From the NCBI GenBank assembly GCA_039920505.1, contig JBDSDO010000109.1:1-60363 (forward strand): DNA of 60,363 nucleotides. The letters are read 5' to 3'. Under the pieces are notes generated by a model. It was not told where the DNA came from. It did no database searches and saw nothing but the letters and a program-made list of their open reading frames with translations. Position numbers and translations under genes: made by a program. The DNA is from Terrimesophilobacter sp. GTDB lineage: Bacteria; Actinomycetota; Actinomycetes; Actinomycetales; Microbacteriaceae. Position 1 is the stretch's first letter. Each line of letters opens with the position of its first letter. Below, piece after piece: positions 42,635-52,022 of the stretch.

Positions 42635-42721
42635 GTGAGCTATCTGCGATTTGAAGCACCGCACGAGGAACCCGAACTGCTCACAGCCCACTTGAGGGAG
42701 TTCTTGCGCTCGTTGCGGTAA
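42635..42721 (+). pseudogene. C-terminal relic of an epoxide-hydrolase-like gene
   Basis: APHEEPELLTAHLREFLRSLR* resembles the tail that follows the catalytic GHF motif in epoxide hydrolases. Confidence 0.45.
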
Positions 42722-42847
42722 GTTGGCGCGCAACCCCATCCGAGGTGATCGTTCGTCAAGTTCACGGGCTCAACCGTCTCGTCGGCTCAACGCTCGCCAG
42801 GAGCGACGTTGACGGCGTGGGTTGACCGGGAAACCAAGGAGGCACGC

Positions 42848-43891
42848 ATGAGCGGTGGTTTGGTGTTGGTCACCGGCGGTTCTGGTTTCCTGGGCGCCCA
42901 CTGCGCCCTTCCATTGCTGGATGCCGGGTATAGCGTCCGCACAACCGTTCGGTCGCTCGCGAGGGAACCCGAGGTGCGCCGGATGCTCGCCACCGTCGGG
43001 TCGGACCCGGGGGAGTCGCTCTCGTTCGTTGCCGCCGACCTCACCTCCGACGACGGCTGGCGTGAGGCGGTTGCGGGATGCGACTACGTGCTTCACGTTG
43101 CGTCACCATTCCCTGGGCGCCAGCCCAAGGACGAGGACGACCTCATCGTTCCTGCGCGAGAGGGAGCGCTGCGGGTGCTGCGCGCGGCTCGAGATGCCGG
43201 CGTGAAGCGGCTCGTGCTAACGTCGTCGTTCGCGGCGATCGGATACGGCACCCTGCCCAAGGACAGCCCGTATACCGAATCGGACTGGACCGATCCGACC
43301 GGCCACGTCAGCGCCTATGTGAAGTCGAAGACGCTCGCCGAGCGTGCCGCGTGGGACTTCATCGCCCGCGAGGGTGGCACCCTGGAACTGGCGGTGGTCA
43401 ACCCCGTCGGCATCCTTGGTCCCGTGCTTGGACGCAACCTCTCCACCTCGATCGAGCTGGTGCGGCGGCTGCTGTCCGGATCCTTACCCGGTCTGCCCAA
43501 GACCACCTTCGGAATCGTTGACGTGCGCGATGTCGCCGACCTGCACCTTCGCGCGATGACCGATCCCGCCGCCCGCGGTGAGCGATTTCTTGCCGTTGCC
43601 GGCGAGTTCATGGCGCTGCCTGAGATGGCTCGCGTGCTGAAATCGCGGATGGGCGTTGCCGCCGCTGGCGTGCCGACCCGAGTGCTGCCCAACTGGTTGG
43701 TGAGGCTGGCGGCCCTGGTTGATCCGTCGCTGAGGGACGTCGCCGGGCGTTTGGGGCATCCCATGAACGGCTCGAACGAGAAAGCACGACGCGTTCTCGG
43801 CTGGACGCCCCGATCGCCGGAAGAGTCTCTCGTCGACACCGCCAAGAGCCTGATCGAATTCAGCCTGGTGCAGACCACGGCCACGCACTGA
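42848..43891 (+). CDS. NAD-dependent epimerase/dehydratase (aldehyde reductase-like extended SDR)
   Basis: TGGSGFLG, HVASP, YVKSK (YxxxK) and VDVRDVA motifs; AAGGAGG SD. Confidence 0.92.
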   Translation: MSGGLVLVTGGSGFLGAHCALPLLDAGYSVRTTVRSLAREPEVRRMLATVGSDPGESLSFVAADLTSDDGWREAVAGCDYVLHVASPFPGRQPKDEDDLIVPAREGALRVLRAARDAGVKRLVLTSSFAAIGYGTLPKDSPYTESDWTDPTGHVSAYVKSKTLAERAAWDFIAREGGTLELAVVNPVGILGPVLGRNLSTSIELVRRLLSGSLPGLPKTTFGIVDVRDVADLHLRAMTDPAARGERFLAVAGEFMALPEMARVLKSRMGVAAAGVPTRVLPNWLVRLAALVDPSLRDVAGRLGHPMNGSNEKARRVLGWTPRSPEESLVDTAKSLIEFSLVQTTATH

Positions 43892-43904
43892 AGGGATCAC
43901 GCTC

Positions 43905-44327
43905 ATGACAGCTCACTCCGACCACGAGGTCGAGGACCTTTCCGCCAAAGAGTGCTGGCGGCTGTTGGTCACCGTACCCATCGGACGGCTCGCCACTGCA
44001 GTGGTCGACGCGGTAACCGGCGAACTTCTCCTCGATGTGTTTCCGGTCAACTTCCTCATCCACGAGGGAGCGATCTACTTCCGAACCGGACCCGGTTCCA
44101 AGCTCATGGAAATAGCCTCCAACGACAGGGTTGCTTTCGAGGCGGACGAGCACTCCGGGCGGGTGCGCTGGAGCGTCGTCGTGCACGGCAGGGGACGCCG
44201 CGTGATGATGGACCGCGAGATCGAGGAGTCCGGCGTGCTTGATCTGGAGGCCGATCATCCGACCGACAAGTGGAATTACGTCTGCGTGACGGTCGATTCG
44301 ATCACGGGCAGACGCTTCAGGCGTTAA
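43905..44327 (+). CDS. Pyridoxamine 5'-phosphate oxidase-like (split-barrel flavin-binding) protein
   Basis: ECWRLL, FPVNF, FRTGPGSKL, VAFEAD, WSVVVHG and ITGRRF motifs. Confidence 0.88.
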   Translation: MTAHSDHEVEDLSAKECWRLLVTVPIGRLATAVVDAVTGELLLDVFPVNFLIHEGAIYFRTGPGSKLMEIASNDRVAFEADEHSGRVRWSVVVHGRGRRVMMDREIEESGVLDLEADHPTDKWNYVCVTVDSITGRRFRR

Positions 44328-44334
44328 CGCGGCT

Positions 44335-45066
44335 TCACGCGGCTGCTGATCGGGCGGTCGCATTGTCGTAGGCCTCGAGCAGAATCCTGGTGAACTCCCC
44401 AGGCCGCACCACGCTGACCATGTGGGTCGTGCGGGGCAGGGTCACGAGGCGTCCGTTGCCCGTGGCTGCCAGGTAGCGACGCGCGTGCAACCGGAAGTGA
44501 TCGAGTTGGCCGTTGACGAAGACGACCGGCACGTCGACCCGCGCCAGGCTGCGCGCGGGCGTCACCGCGCGCAGTTCGCTCAGCACGTCGTCCATCACCT
44601 CCAGTGCCACGCCGCCGGCGAGCACATCGGCCGCACCGGACGGTGGTACGAACATCCGCACGGCGAAGTCGTTGAGTGCTCTGCCCCGGTCAGGGAGCGC
44701 ATGGATACATCGGGCCAGCAGCCGCCACCCGTTGAGTACCACACGGTTCGGCTCGGTGCCGCAACTCGCGGCGAGCAACCCTGAGATCTCATGGGGGTGG
44801 GTCCCGGCCCAATCGATCGCCAGGTAGCCGCCGAGCGAGAAGGCGCACAGGTAGGGATGGATGCCGGACCGGCTCGCGCTGGCGACGGCTTCATCGATCG
44901 TCCGGTGGGCGCCCTCGAGGGTGAACCGCTCGCCGATGCGGTGACCGTGACCGGGCAAATCGATGGCCACGGCGGGAATGCCGCGCGCCTCAAGGCCTGC
45001 GACCTGCTGTCGCCACATGGTCGCGGAGGTGCGCAATCCGTGCACGAGGATGACGGCTGCGGTCAT
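44335..45066 (-). CDS. Alpha/beta fold hydrolase
   Basis: LVHGLRTS, IDLPGHG and AFSLGG motifs. Confidence 0.85.
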   Translation of the reverse strand: MTAAVILVHGLRTSATMWRQQVAGLEARGIPAVAIDLPGHGHRIGERFTLEGAHRTIDEAVASASRSGIHPYLCAFSLGGYLAIDWAGTHPHEISGLLAASCGTEPNRVVLNGWRLLARCIHALPDRGRALNDFAVRMFVPPSGAADVLAGGVALEVMDDVLSELRAVTPARSLARVDVPVVFVNGQLDHFRLHARRYLAATGNGRLVTLPRTTHMVSVVRPGEFTRILLEAYDNATARSAAA

Positions 45067-45145
45067 GCGCCGATGTTAATGCGACATGCTTGAAGCACGG
45101 CGAGAAGCCTGTCACGGGGGCACACCGCCGCGTCGAAAGGGTGAA

Positions 45146-45775
45146 ATGGATTCTGACACGTGGGATGAGCGGTATCGGGCAGCATCTGCGAACTCGGCCG
45201 GCCGCCTCTGGTCGGGTGCGCCGCACCAGGCAGTACAAGAGCTGATTGAGGCGCTCCACCCCGGGCGTGCACTCGACCTGGCCACCGGCGACGGCCGGAA
45301 CGCGATCTTTCTCGCGCGACGCGGCTGGGACGCGACGGGCGTCGATTTCTCCGCCGAAGGCATCCGGCTCGCGCGGCAGCGTGCGCATCGGCTCGGTGCG
45401 CAGGTGCAGTGGGTCGTCGCGGATGCGCGCAGCTATCAACCCGCCGCGTCGTTCGATCTCGTCGTCGTCACCTACCTGCATCTTCCCGAGGTCGAGATCC
45501 GGAGCGTGCTGCGCACGGCAGCATCCTGGGTCGTGCCGGGAGGGTGTCTGCTCGTGCTCGGTCATGACAAAGACAACCTCGCCTCGGGCGCGCCGGGCCC
45601 GAACGACGCCGATATCCTCTATTCCCGGGAGTTGCTCGAAAGCTGCGCCGCCGGGCTGCGGATTGAGCGCAGTGAGCAGATCTTTCGCGACTCCGGTGTG
45701 GATCCGGAAGGCTCGGGCGACGGGGCAGCAATCGCGGTGGATACTTTGCTGTTCGCTACGCGTGCCCTCGAGTGA
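45146..45775 (+). CDS. Class I SAM-dependent methyltransferase
   Basis: WDERY, ALDLATGDGRNA, GVDFS and FDLV motifs. Confidence 0.9.
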   Translation: MDSDTWDERYRAASANSAGRLWSGAPHQAVQELIEALHPGRALDLATGDGRNAIFLARRGWDATGVDFSAEGIRLARQRAHRLGAQVQWVVADARSYQPAASFDLVVVTYLHLPEVEIRSVLRTAASWVVPGGCLLVLGHDKDNLASGAPGPNDADILYSRELLESCAAGLRIERSEQIFRDSGVDPEGSGDGAAIAVDTLLFATRALE

Positions 45776-46597
45776 CTAGCGCCGCAGATACACAGCGCGG
45801 GCGCCCAGGTAGAGGCCGTGTGCGATCAAGCCACCGGCGATGAAGAACAGCGGCCACACACCGGTCGGCAGCGTTGTGAGGTAGCGCAGAGCACCATCCA
45901 GCCCGGTCGCCCAACTGGAATCGCCCAGCAATGCGCCCGCGATGAACAGTGAGCCGATGATGACGAGTGCGAGGCCCTTGGCCGTGTAACCGATCACTCC
46001 CAGTGCCACCACGACTGCACCGGCGGGGCCGGGTGGCGGAGTGATATCTTCGCGAAAGGTCCGAGAAATGCCGCGATAAGCGAAGGTCACACCGACGGAG
46101 CCCACGGCGGCTCCGACCGCCATCAGCACGAAAATCCCGCCCGGAAGCTCGATCAGCCAGGAGCTCACCGTGTGTGCCGACTTGGCGGTGTTCGAGTGCC
46201 GTCCCGCGGCGAATATGAGAGCGGCCAGGGCCACCGCCACGAATCCCACCGACTTGAACCTGTCCCGCACCTTGGTGGGCATCACCCGCTTCGGACGCGG
46301 CGACACCGGCCCGGTCCATTGCCACGCGGCGAGACCGAGGAGCGCCACAACCGCGACCCACAGCACGATCGTGCCGCCAGGTACGTTTGCTACAGCATCC
46401 AGAGCCCCAGACTGGTCGGCGCGCCCGCGCAGGCCGAGGGCGACGCTGATCGCGATGGCGCCGATCAAAATGTGGACGACGCCGCTGGCTACAAGGCCGC
46501 CGCGCGCCAGCACCCGGGCTGGGCGGCTGTTGGTGGCGTCCCGGGCAGCAGCTTCTACCTGCTCTCGTTTGTCACCGACGCTGTCCGCACTGTCCAC
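45776..46597 (-). CDS. DUF1206-like membrane protein
   Basis: ARGGLVASGVVH, ADQSGAL, GYTAKG and GLDGAL repeats with multiple TMs. Confidence 0.82.
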   Translation of the reverse strand: MDSADSVGDKREQVEAAARDATNSRPARVLARGGLVASGVVHILIGAIAISVALGLRGRADQSGALDAVANVPGGTIVLWVAVVALLGLAAWQWTGPVSPRPKRVMPTKVRDRFKSVGFVAVALAALIFAAGRHSNTAKSAHTVSSWLIELPGGIFVLMAVGAAVGSVGVTFAYRGISRTFREDITPPPGPAGAVVVALGVIGYTAKGLALVIIGSLFIAGALLGDSSWATGLDGALRYLTTLPTGVWPLFFIAGGLIAHGLYLGARAVYLRR

Positions 46598-46788
46598 CTG
46601 CCCTTGATACCACGGCTCGATCCGGCAGTCGTCAGAGTCGCCGCGATTTCCACACCGCTGAGCGCGAACCCTGGCAGGGAGCGGTGTCTTACGTGGGAAC
46701 TCCCGCACAATACCGGCGTGAGCTTGAATGACGTCCCCAACGGGAGAAAACTCGAGTACTTCATATCAAAAAACCCAAAGGAGACCTT

Positions 46789-47076
46789 ATGCTTACGCTC
46801 ACCGACAACGCCAGCACCGCTATCAAGAACCTCACGGATCAGACCGCAGTGTCGGACGACACCGGGCTTCGCATCAGCACTGCCGATGACACCACCGGTA
46901 GCCTCAAGGTCGAACTGACGCCGACTCCGGAGCCCACCGATCAGGTGGTGGAGGATGCCGGGGCTCGCGTCTTTCTTGAGGAACGGGCCGCTGCCGTGCT
47001 CTCCGACAAGGTGCTCGATGCGCAACTGGACGGCGACGGCTCCGTGCGATTCGCCGTGGGCCAGCAGCAGGCGTAG
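46789..47076 (+). CDS. HesB/IscA-fold small protein lacking cysteines
   Basis: MLTLTDNA...GLRI...DQVVE..GARVFL...LDA; AAGGAG SD. Confidence 0.8.
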   Translation: MLTLTDNASTAIKNLTDQTAVSDDTGLRISTADDTTGSLKVELTPTPEPTDQVVEDAGARVFLEERAAAVLSDKVLDAQLDGDGSVRFAVGQQQA

Positions 47077-47083
47077 CCGCCGA

Positions 47084-48367
47084 TCACCGATCTCGTCTCG
47101 CTGTCCTCAGCGCGGAGGTGGCCAACGCGCGCTTTCTCTGATTCAGGTACGCCCGAACGATCGGGTCGGTAGTCAGCGAAATCGCGGTGTCGTAGGCCAC
47201 CTCGGCGTCGGTCCACCGGCTGGCTTCGGCGAGCAGGTGCGCCCGCGTCGCCCAGGCCGGCTGGAAGTGTTGCGCGCCGGAGTCGGTAACACGGTCGAGC
47301 GCGCCCAGCCCGGCGTACGGCCGTCGAGCTGACCGATGGTCGCAGCGAGCGCGATCCGCGACCCGGGAGTCGGGGCGAGTCGCACCAGAGCCTCGTGGAG
47401 CGTCCGCAAGGTCGCCCAGTCGGTCGAGCCGGTGGTCGCCCGTGCGCAGTGCACCGATTGGATGGCCGCCTCCAGCTGGAACGGACCGATGCTATCCAGC
47501 GACTGCGCGCGCCGCAGACACGCCTCGCCGCGGACGATCAGCCCGACGTCCCAGCGACCGGTGTCCTGTTCGTCGAGCGGAACATACGTGCCGTCGACGA
47601 TCCTGGCATTCGCACGGGACAGCGAGAACGCAATCAGCGCGGCCAGCCCGAACGCCTCCGGCTCATCCCTCAGCAGCACCGCCAGCGTGGATGCCAGGTA
47701 GAGCGCCTCCCCCGACAGCGACTCGCGCACGCTCTCACCAGAGACAAGTATCCAGTCGATCGCATAGGCGCCGTAGATCGCTTCCAGCACCGCGTGCAGC
47801 CGGGTCGGCATGTCCTGGCGCGTCGGCACCACGAACGGGACGCGCGCATCCCGGATGCGCCGCTTCGCCCGAACCAGACGTTGCGCCATGGCCGGCGCAG
47901 GCACCGCGAACGCGGTGGCGATCTGCGCTGCTTCGAGACCCAGCACCGTCTGCAGCATCAGCGAGGTGCGGATCGATCGCCGGATGCGCGCAGACGAACA
48001 ACAACTCGAGCCGCTTGTCCGGAATCGACTCCGGGTCGAATTCGCCGAGCATGACCTCGTCGGGCGACGCGACGTCGTGGTCCGCCAACCGCGTCGACGC
48101 GCGGTGTGCCGCGGATCGGTAGCGATCGCGGAGGCGGTTACGTGCCACGGTCAACAACCAGCCTTCCGGATTGTTTGGCACAGTGGTCACCGGCCAGGTG
48201 GTCAACGCCTGCACGAAGGCATCCTGCAATGCGTCCTCGGCAGCGGGGATGTCGCCGGTGGGCGCGGCGAGCAGTGCCAGCAAACGCCCGTAAGCGGCAC
48301 GGGCCACCTGTTCGGCCCGTGCCGGGGCACCCTGTGCGTCTGGATTCTGTGCGGGCGCCGCACTCAC
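47084..48367 (-). pseudogene. ECF RNA polymerase sigma factor with DUF6596/TPR extension, two frameshifts
   Basis: AEDALQDAF, WLLTVARNR, PDKRLELLFVCAHPAID; shift near 47970 to LMLQTVLG...AQRLVRAK; second shift near 47320 to FQPAWATRAHLL. Confidence 0.85.
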
Positions 48368-48759
48368 TGTGCCCTCGGTACCCCTTCCGTGCTGTGCCAC
48401 TGTCCGTCACGGAAGAAGACGGCCGACGGGCGAATTTCGACGACTCCGTACTGGGCTGCTGGGCACTGCTGCGCCCACGCGAGCGCGGTATCCAGGTCAG
48501 GCACCTCGATGACGAAGGTGCCGCCGAGTTGCTCCTTGGTGTCCGCGAACGGGCCATCCTGGATCTTCGGCGTCCCCTCGCGGAGGGTGAGCGTCGTGGC
48601 CGTGGCCACAGGTTGCAGGACCTCTGCCGAGACGAGCACGCCTGCGGCGTCGAGGGACTTCGCGTAGGCGTCGAACGCGGCCTTCCCTTCGGCCAACACG
48701 TCCTCGCCGAGGTCGGCCTCGGTCATTTCGGGGTAGTGCATCAGCAATGAATATCGCAT
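48364..48759 (-). CDS. YciI family protein
   Basis: DGPFADTKEQLGG and VEIRP motifs; GGAAGGA SD; GTGA coupling to the sigma gene. Confidence 0.92.
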   Translation of the reverse strand: MRYSLLMHYPEMTEADLGEDVLAEGKAAFDAYAKSLDAAGVLVSAEVLQPVATATTLTLREGTPKIQDGPFADTKEQLGGTFVIEVPDLDTALAWAQQCPAAQYGVVEIRPSAVFFRDGQWHSTEGVPRAQ

Positions 48760-48850
48760 GGGAGTTCCTTCCTGAGTATGTACGGTACCGGCCACATCGC
48801 ATGGCCGACATACCCCAATGACGATTGGGCTCCGTCCCAATCGACCCTGC

Positions 48851-48910
48851 TGGTCGAGCCCGTCGAGACACGGTGGTCGGGGCTCCCCGGTGGTCGAGCT
48901 TATCGAGACC
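48851..48910. repeat. Two REP-like units (TGGTCGAGCnnnTCGAGAC)
   Basis: TGGTCGAGCCCGTCGAGACA at 48851 and TGGTCGAGCTTATCGAGACC at 48891. Confidence 0.65.
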
Positions 48911-48927
48911 CCCAGACGGTGAGCCAA

Positions 48928-49194
48928 ACGAGGATGCGCGGCGACACGCCGTCGAAAATGGTCGCGACACGCCGGCATCCGGCCGAATCTCCTCGTAGAG
49001 CGCACGCCTCCGCGACTCTCGTCGCGAACCCGGAGCGCAACCGGGCGATGTGCGCGGCGTATCACGAGGTGCTGACCGGTCTTCTCGCGCAACGCGCCCT
49101 TCGACCGACTCAGAGAACGCCGGAAGAGGCGCCGGATGAGGCTGCGGTCGTCATGAGTGTGGCGGCTGTGCCGAGGATGCGTGGGGACACGCCG
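48928..49194. repeat. GACACGCC-containing palindromic element plus a partial second copy
   Basis: ACGAGGA...TCCTCGT termini (48928-48996) with two CGACACGCCG; CGAGGATGCG..GACACGCCG recurs at 49172-49194. Confidence 0.55.
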
Positions 49195-49212
49195 ACACCC
49201 GGTGCGCTTCTT

Positions 49213-49647
49213 TTATCGGGCCAGGATGCTGCGTGTCTTCAGCGCCGGGAAGCGGCTGAAGTCCCGATCCATTGTCAGCAACTGCGAAACTCCGTGGGTG
49301 AGGCACAACACAGCAATCCGGGCGTCGTGCACGGTGGGGCCCACGGCGTGGCTGGACTCGAGCAGCGCATCAAGTTGGGCCCAGTGTTCTCTCGTTTCGG
49401 CGAGCAGTTGCAGCGACGGCGAGTCCAGCCATGCTCCGAGTTGGGCGCGTGCTCGCGCCGGCAACTCCGGATCGGCGAAGATCTTCGGATTAGTCACGAC
49501 CGCGTAGAACTCGTGCACACATGGCCACGGAATTGCCCACGCTGCCGGGCTCTGAGCCAACTCGGCGATCGCTGCTCTCGCGGGCTCGTGAAAAGGCGAG
49601 TCCTCGAAGAATGCATACACCAGCACGTTCGTATCGACCGCAAGCAT
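49213..49647 (-). CDS. vapC: VapC PIN-domain ribonuclease toxin
   Basis: AVDTNVLVYA, HEF, VHDARIA and TMDRDFSRF motifs. Confidence 0.93.
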   Translation of the reverse strand: MLAVDTNVLVYAFFEDSPFHEPARAAIAELAQSPAAWAIPWPCVHEFYAVVTNPKIFADPELPARARAQLGAWLDSPSLQLLAETREHWAQLDALLESSHAVGPTVHDARIAVLCLTHGVSQLLTMDRDFSRFPALKTRSILAR

Positions 49648-49652
49648 TGACT

Positions 49653-49898
49653 TCAGCTCCGCTCGTCGTACGACTGCAGCACGAGTTCGTGCAGCGAGAC
49701 GCCTCGATACTCCGGTCGCAGCGACGCCCATCCCGTCGCGCTCGCGTCTGTCAGTACAAAGCCCGCCTTCGATTCCTGGTCCGACAGCTCGCGGGCCAGT
49801 GCCTGCTGAACGATCGCGCGAGCGGTCGTCTTCCGTTCCCGGGCGAGCTTCTTGACCGCCTGCACGAGCGATTCGGGGAGGTCGAAAGTCGTCTTCAT
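49653..49898 (-). CDS. vapB: VapB-type ribbon-helix-helix antitoxin
   Basis: MKTTFDLPESL RHH start; directly upstream of vapC; TAGGAT 6 nt upstream. Confidence 0.88.
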   Translation of the reverse strand: MKTTFDLPESLVQAVKKLARERKTTARAIVQQALARELSDQESKAGFVLTDASATGWASLRPEYRGVSLHELVLQSYDERS

Positions 49899-49913
49899 AC
49901 GCTCATCCTAGCA

Positions 49914-49937
49914 AGTAATACTGCTAGCAGTATTACT
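49914..49937. promoter_or_regulatory. vapBC operator: perfect 24-bp palindrome
   Basis: AGTAATACTGCT|AGCAGTATTACT directly upstream of the vapB -10. Confidence 0.8.
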
Positions 49938-49983
49938 ACAACCGATTACCCGGGACCTGAGTCTCGCCTTCGGTAACTCACCC

Positions 49984-50052
49984 TTGACATGGTCCCGCGA
50001 ACCATCTACCGTTTTGTTATCAACAAAACGGTTGATAAAACAATAGGTTGAT
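49984..50052 (+). promoter_or_regulatory. ArsR operon promoter (TTGACA-17-TACCGT) and operator inverted repeats
   Basis: TTGACA 49984, TACCGT 50007; ACCGTTTTGTT-atc-AACAAAACGGT (50008-50032); TCAAC..GTTGA half-sites. Confidence 0.75.
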
Positions 50053-50054
50053 TA

Positions 50055-50402
50055 ATGTTGACGGATGGACGCACCGAGGAGGCACTCGACCGTGCCTTTA
50101 TGGCACTCGCGGACCCGGTGCGGCGACAACTCGTCGCCCGGCTATCGCGTGGGCCGGCAACGGTCAATGAGCTCGCCGCGCCGTTTGCGATCACCAAGCA
50201 GGCGGTGTCGCGGCACATCCAGGTGCTGGAGGGCTCCGGTCTGATCACCCGCACCCGGGACGGTCAGCGGAGGCCCTGCCACCTCGATCCGGCCGCACTC
50301 GAAGCACTCACCGCCTGGATCGACACCTATCGCCTCACGGCCGAGCGGCAGTACCGCCGACTCGACGCCGTTCTCGAACACCTGAAGGAGAAGGAAAAAT
50401 GA
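50055..50402 (+). CDS. ArsR/SmtB family regulator
   Basis: FMALADPVRR and TKQAVSRHIQVLE motifs. Confidence 0.92.
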   Translation: MLTDGRTEEALDRAFMALADPVRRQLVARLSRGPATVNELAAPFAITKQAVSRHIQVLEGSGLITRTRDGQRRPCHLDPAALEALTAWIDTYRLTAERQYRRLDAVLEHLKEKEK

Positions 50403-50872
50403 CCAACGCACTGACTATCAAGACCGAACCCGGCCAGTCGTTCATCGAGTTCACCCGTGAGTTCGACGCTCCCGTCGAAGCAGTGTTCCGAGCCCACGCG
50501 GAGCCGGACCTGATCAAGCAGTGGCTCGGACCGCGCGGCTACGACACCGAAGTCGAACACTACGACTTCCGCACCGGCGGCAGCTACCGCTACCTGCAGA
50601 GGGATGGCGACAACGTGTACGCCTTCCACGGCGTCTTCCATGTCGTGCGGGAAAACGAGTTCGCCGTCCAGACCTTCGAGTACGAGGGCTTTCCGGATGT
50701 TGTCAGCCTCGACTCGATGCACTTCGAAGATCTTGGCGACGGCAGGACCCGGCTCTCCGGCCGCAGCGTGTTCTCGAGTCTCGAAGCCGCGCAGGGGATG
50801 ATCGCGAGTGGGATGGAGAGAGGGATGACCGAGGGTTACGAGCGTCTCGACGAGTTGCTTGCGAAATCCTGA
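50399..50872 (+). CDS. SRPBCC (Aha1/START) family protein
   Basis: TREFDAPVEAVFRA, DFRTGGSYRY and GMERGM..GYERLD motifs; coupled to ArsR. Confidence 0.92.
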   Translation: MTNALTIKTEPGQSFIEFTREFDAPVEAVFRAHAEPDLIKQWLGPRGYDTEVEHYDFRTGGSYRYLQRDGDNVYAFHGVFHVVRENEFAVQTFEYEGFPDVVSLDSMHFEDLGDGRTRLSGRSVFSSLEAAQGMIASGMERGMTEGYERLDELLAKS

Positions 50873-50917
50873 CGTTGCGGCCGCTTGCAGCAGCCGGTAA
50901 GAGCGCCCAGCGTGTTG

Positions 50918-50947
50918 ACCGTGCGCCGGTTGGAACCGGCGCACGGT
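50918..50947. terminator. Probable bidirectional terminator hairpin between convergent genes
   Basis: ACCGTGCGCCGGTT-gg-AACCGGCGCACGGT, perfect 14-bp stem. Confidence 0.65.
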
Positions 50948-50972
50948 TGACAACCCCGGCGCTTCGGTGGAA

Positions 50973-52022
50973 TCAGGGACGCAACAGCACCTTGGTGGCG
51001 CGCCGCTCATCCATCGCCGCGTACGCCGCGGCGACGTCCGCCAGCGGCAATTGCAGGTCGAACACCCGGCCGGGGTTGATGGCGCCGGAGAGCACGTCCG
51101 GGAGCAGTTCCTCGATATAGCCGCGCACTGGCGCCACCCCGCCATGAACGCCGATATTGTTGCCGAACAACGGGCGTACCGGCAATTCCGAACCGCCGTT
51201 GGGAGAGCCGACGTATCCCACGGTACCGCCCGGACGGGTGGAACGGATGGCCTGGTCCATTGACTCTTTCGTCCCGACGCACTCCAAGACGCAGTCCGCC
51301 CCGATACCGTCGAAGAGGGCCTTCACCCGGTCAACGCCGGCGTCGCCGCGTTCGTCGATTACCTCGGTTGCCCCGAACTCACGGGCGATCGCCTGTCGAT
51401 CGGTGTGCCGAGACATGGCGACGATACGTGTCGCGCCCAGCCGCTTCGCAGCGAGAATGCCGCAGAGCCCGACTGCGCCGTCACCGACCACGACCACCGA
51501 GCTACCGGCGGTCACCCCTGCCGACACGGCAGCGTGATGGCCGGTGCCGCAGACATCCGCCAGCGTGAGCAGGTTCGGGATGTGGTGCTCGTCCGGCATC
51601 GTTGGTGTGGCCACCAGTGTCCCGTCGGCCAGCGGGACCCGCACGTGCTCGCCCTGGGCGCCGTCGACAAAGTGGCCGTTGCGGTCATCCGCGCCCCACC
51701 ATCCGCCCTGCAGGCAGGATGTGGTGACGCCGTTACGACAGTTGATGCAGGAGTTGTCGCAGTAGTAGAACGGCGCGATGACGAAGTCGCCGATCCGAAT
51801 CGTGTGCACGTCCGAGCCGGTCGCCTCGACGATGCCGACAAATTCGTGGCCGATGCGGTGTGGGCCGCGCGTGGGCACCGCCCCGCGGTATGGCCACAAG
51901 TCGGACCCGCACACGCAGGCGGCAAGCACGCGCACGACTGCGTCGGTATCCGTCATCAGTACCGGATCCGGAACCTCGTCGGTTCGAATGTCTCGTTCGC
52001 CATAAATCACTGTTGCTCGCAT
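50973..52022 (-). CDS. Zinc-dependent alcohol dehydrogenase family protein
   Basis: CVCGSD, GHEFVG, structural Zn cysteines, GDGAVG; TAGACT upstream of ATG 52022. Confidence 0.93.
   Translation of the reverse strand: MRATVIYGERDIRTDEVPDPVLMTDTDAVVRVLAACVCGSDLWPYRGAVPTRGPHRIGHEFVGIVEATGSDVHTIRIGDFVIAPFYYCDNSCINCRNGVTTSCLQGGWWGADDRNGHFVDGAQGEHVRVPLADGTLVATPTMPDEHHIPNLLTLADVCGTGHHAAVSAGVTAGSSVVVVGDGAVGLCGILAAKRLGATRIVAMSRHTDRQAIAREFGATEVIDERGDAGVDRVKALFDGIGADCVLECVGTKESMDQAIRSTRPGGTVGYVGSPNGGSELPVRPLFGNNIGVHGGVAPVRGYIEELLPDVLSGAINPGRVFDLQLPLADVAAAYAAMDERRATKVLLRP

Noticed and set aside
47960-47980. Programmed frameshift in the ECF sigma gene
   Set aside because: No slippery heptamer, and a second independent frameshift lies downstream.
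48840-49200. CRISPR-like array
   Set aside because: Only two or three degenerate units, irregular spacing, and no cas genes.
48778-49650. 290-aa plus-strand ORF as a real gene
   Set aside because: It runs through repeat elements and antisense to vapC, with no coherent domain.
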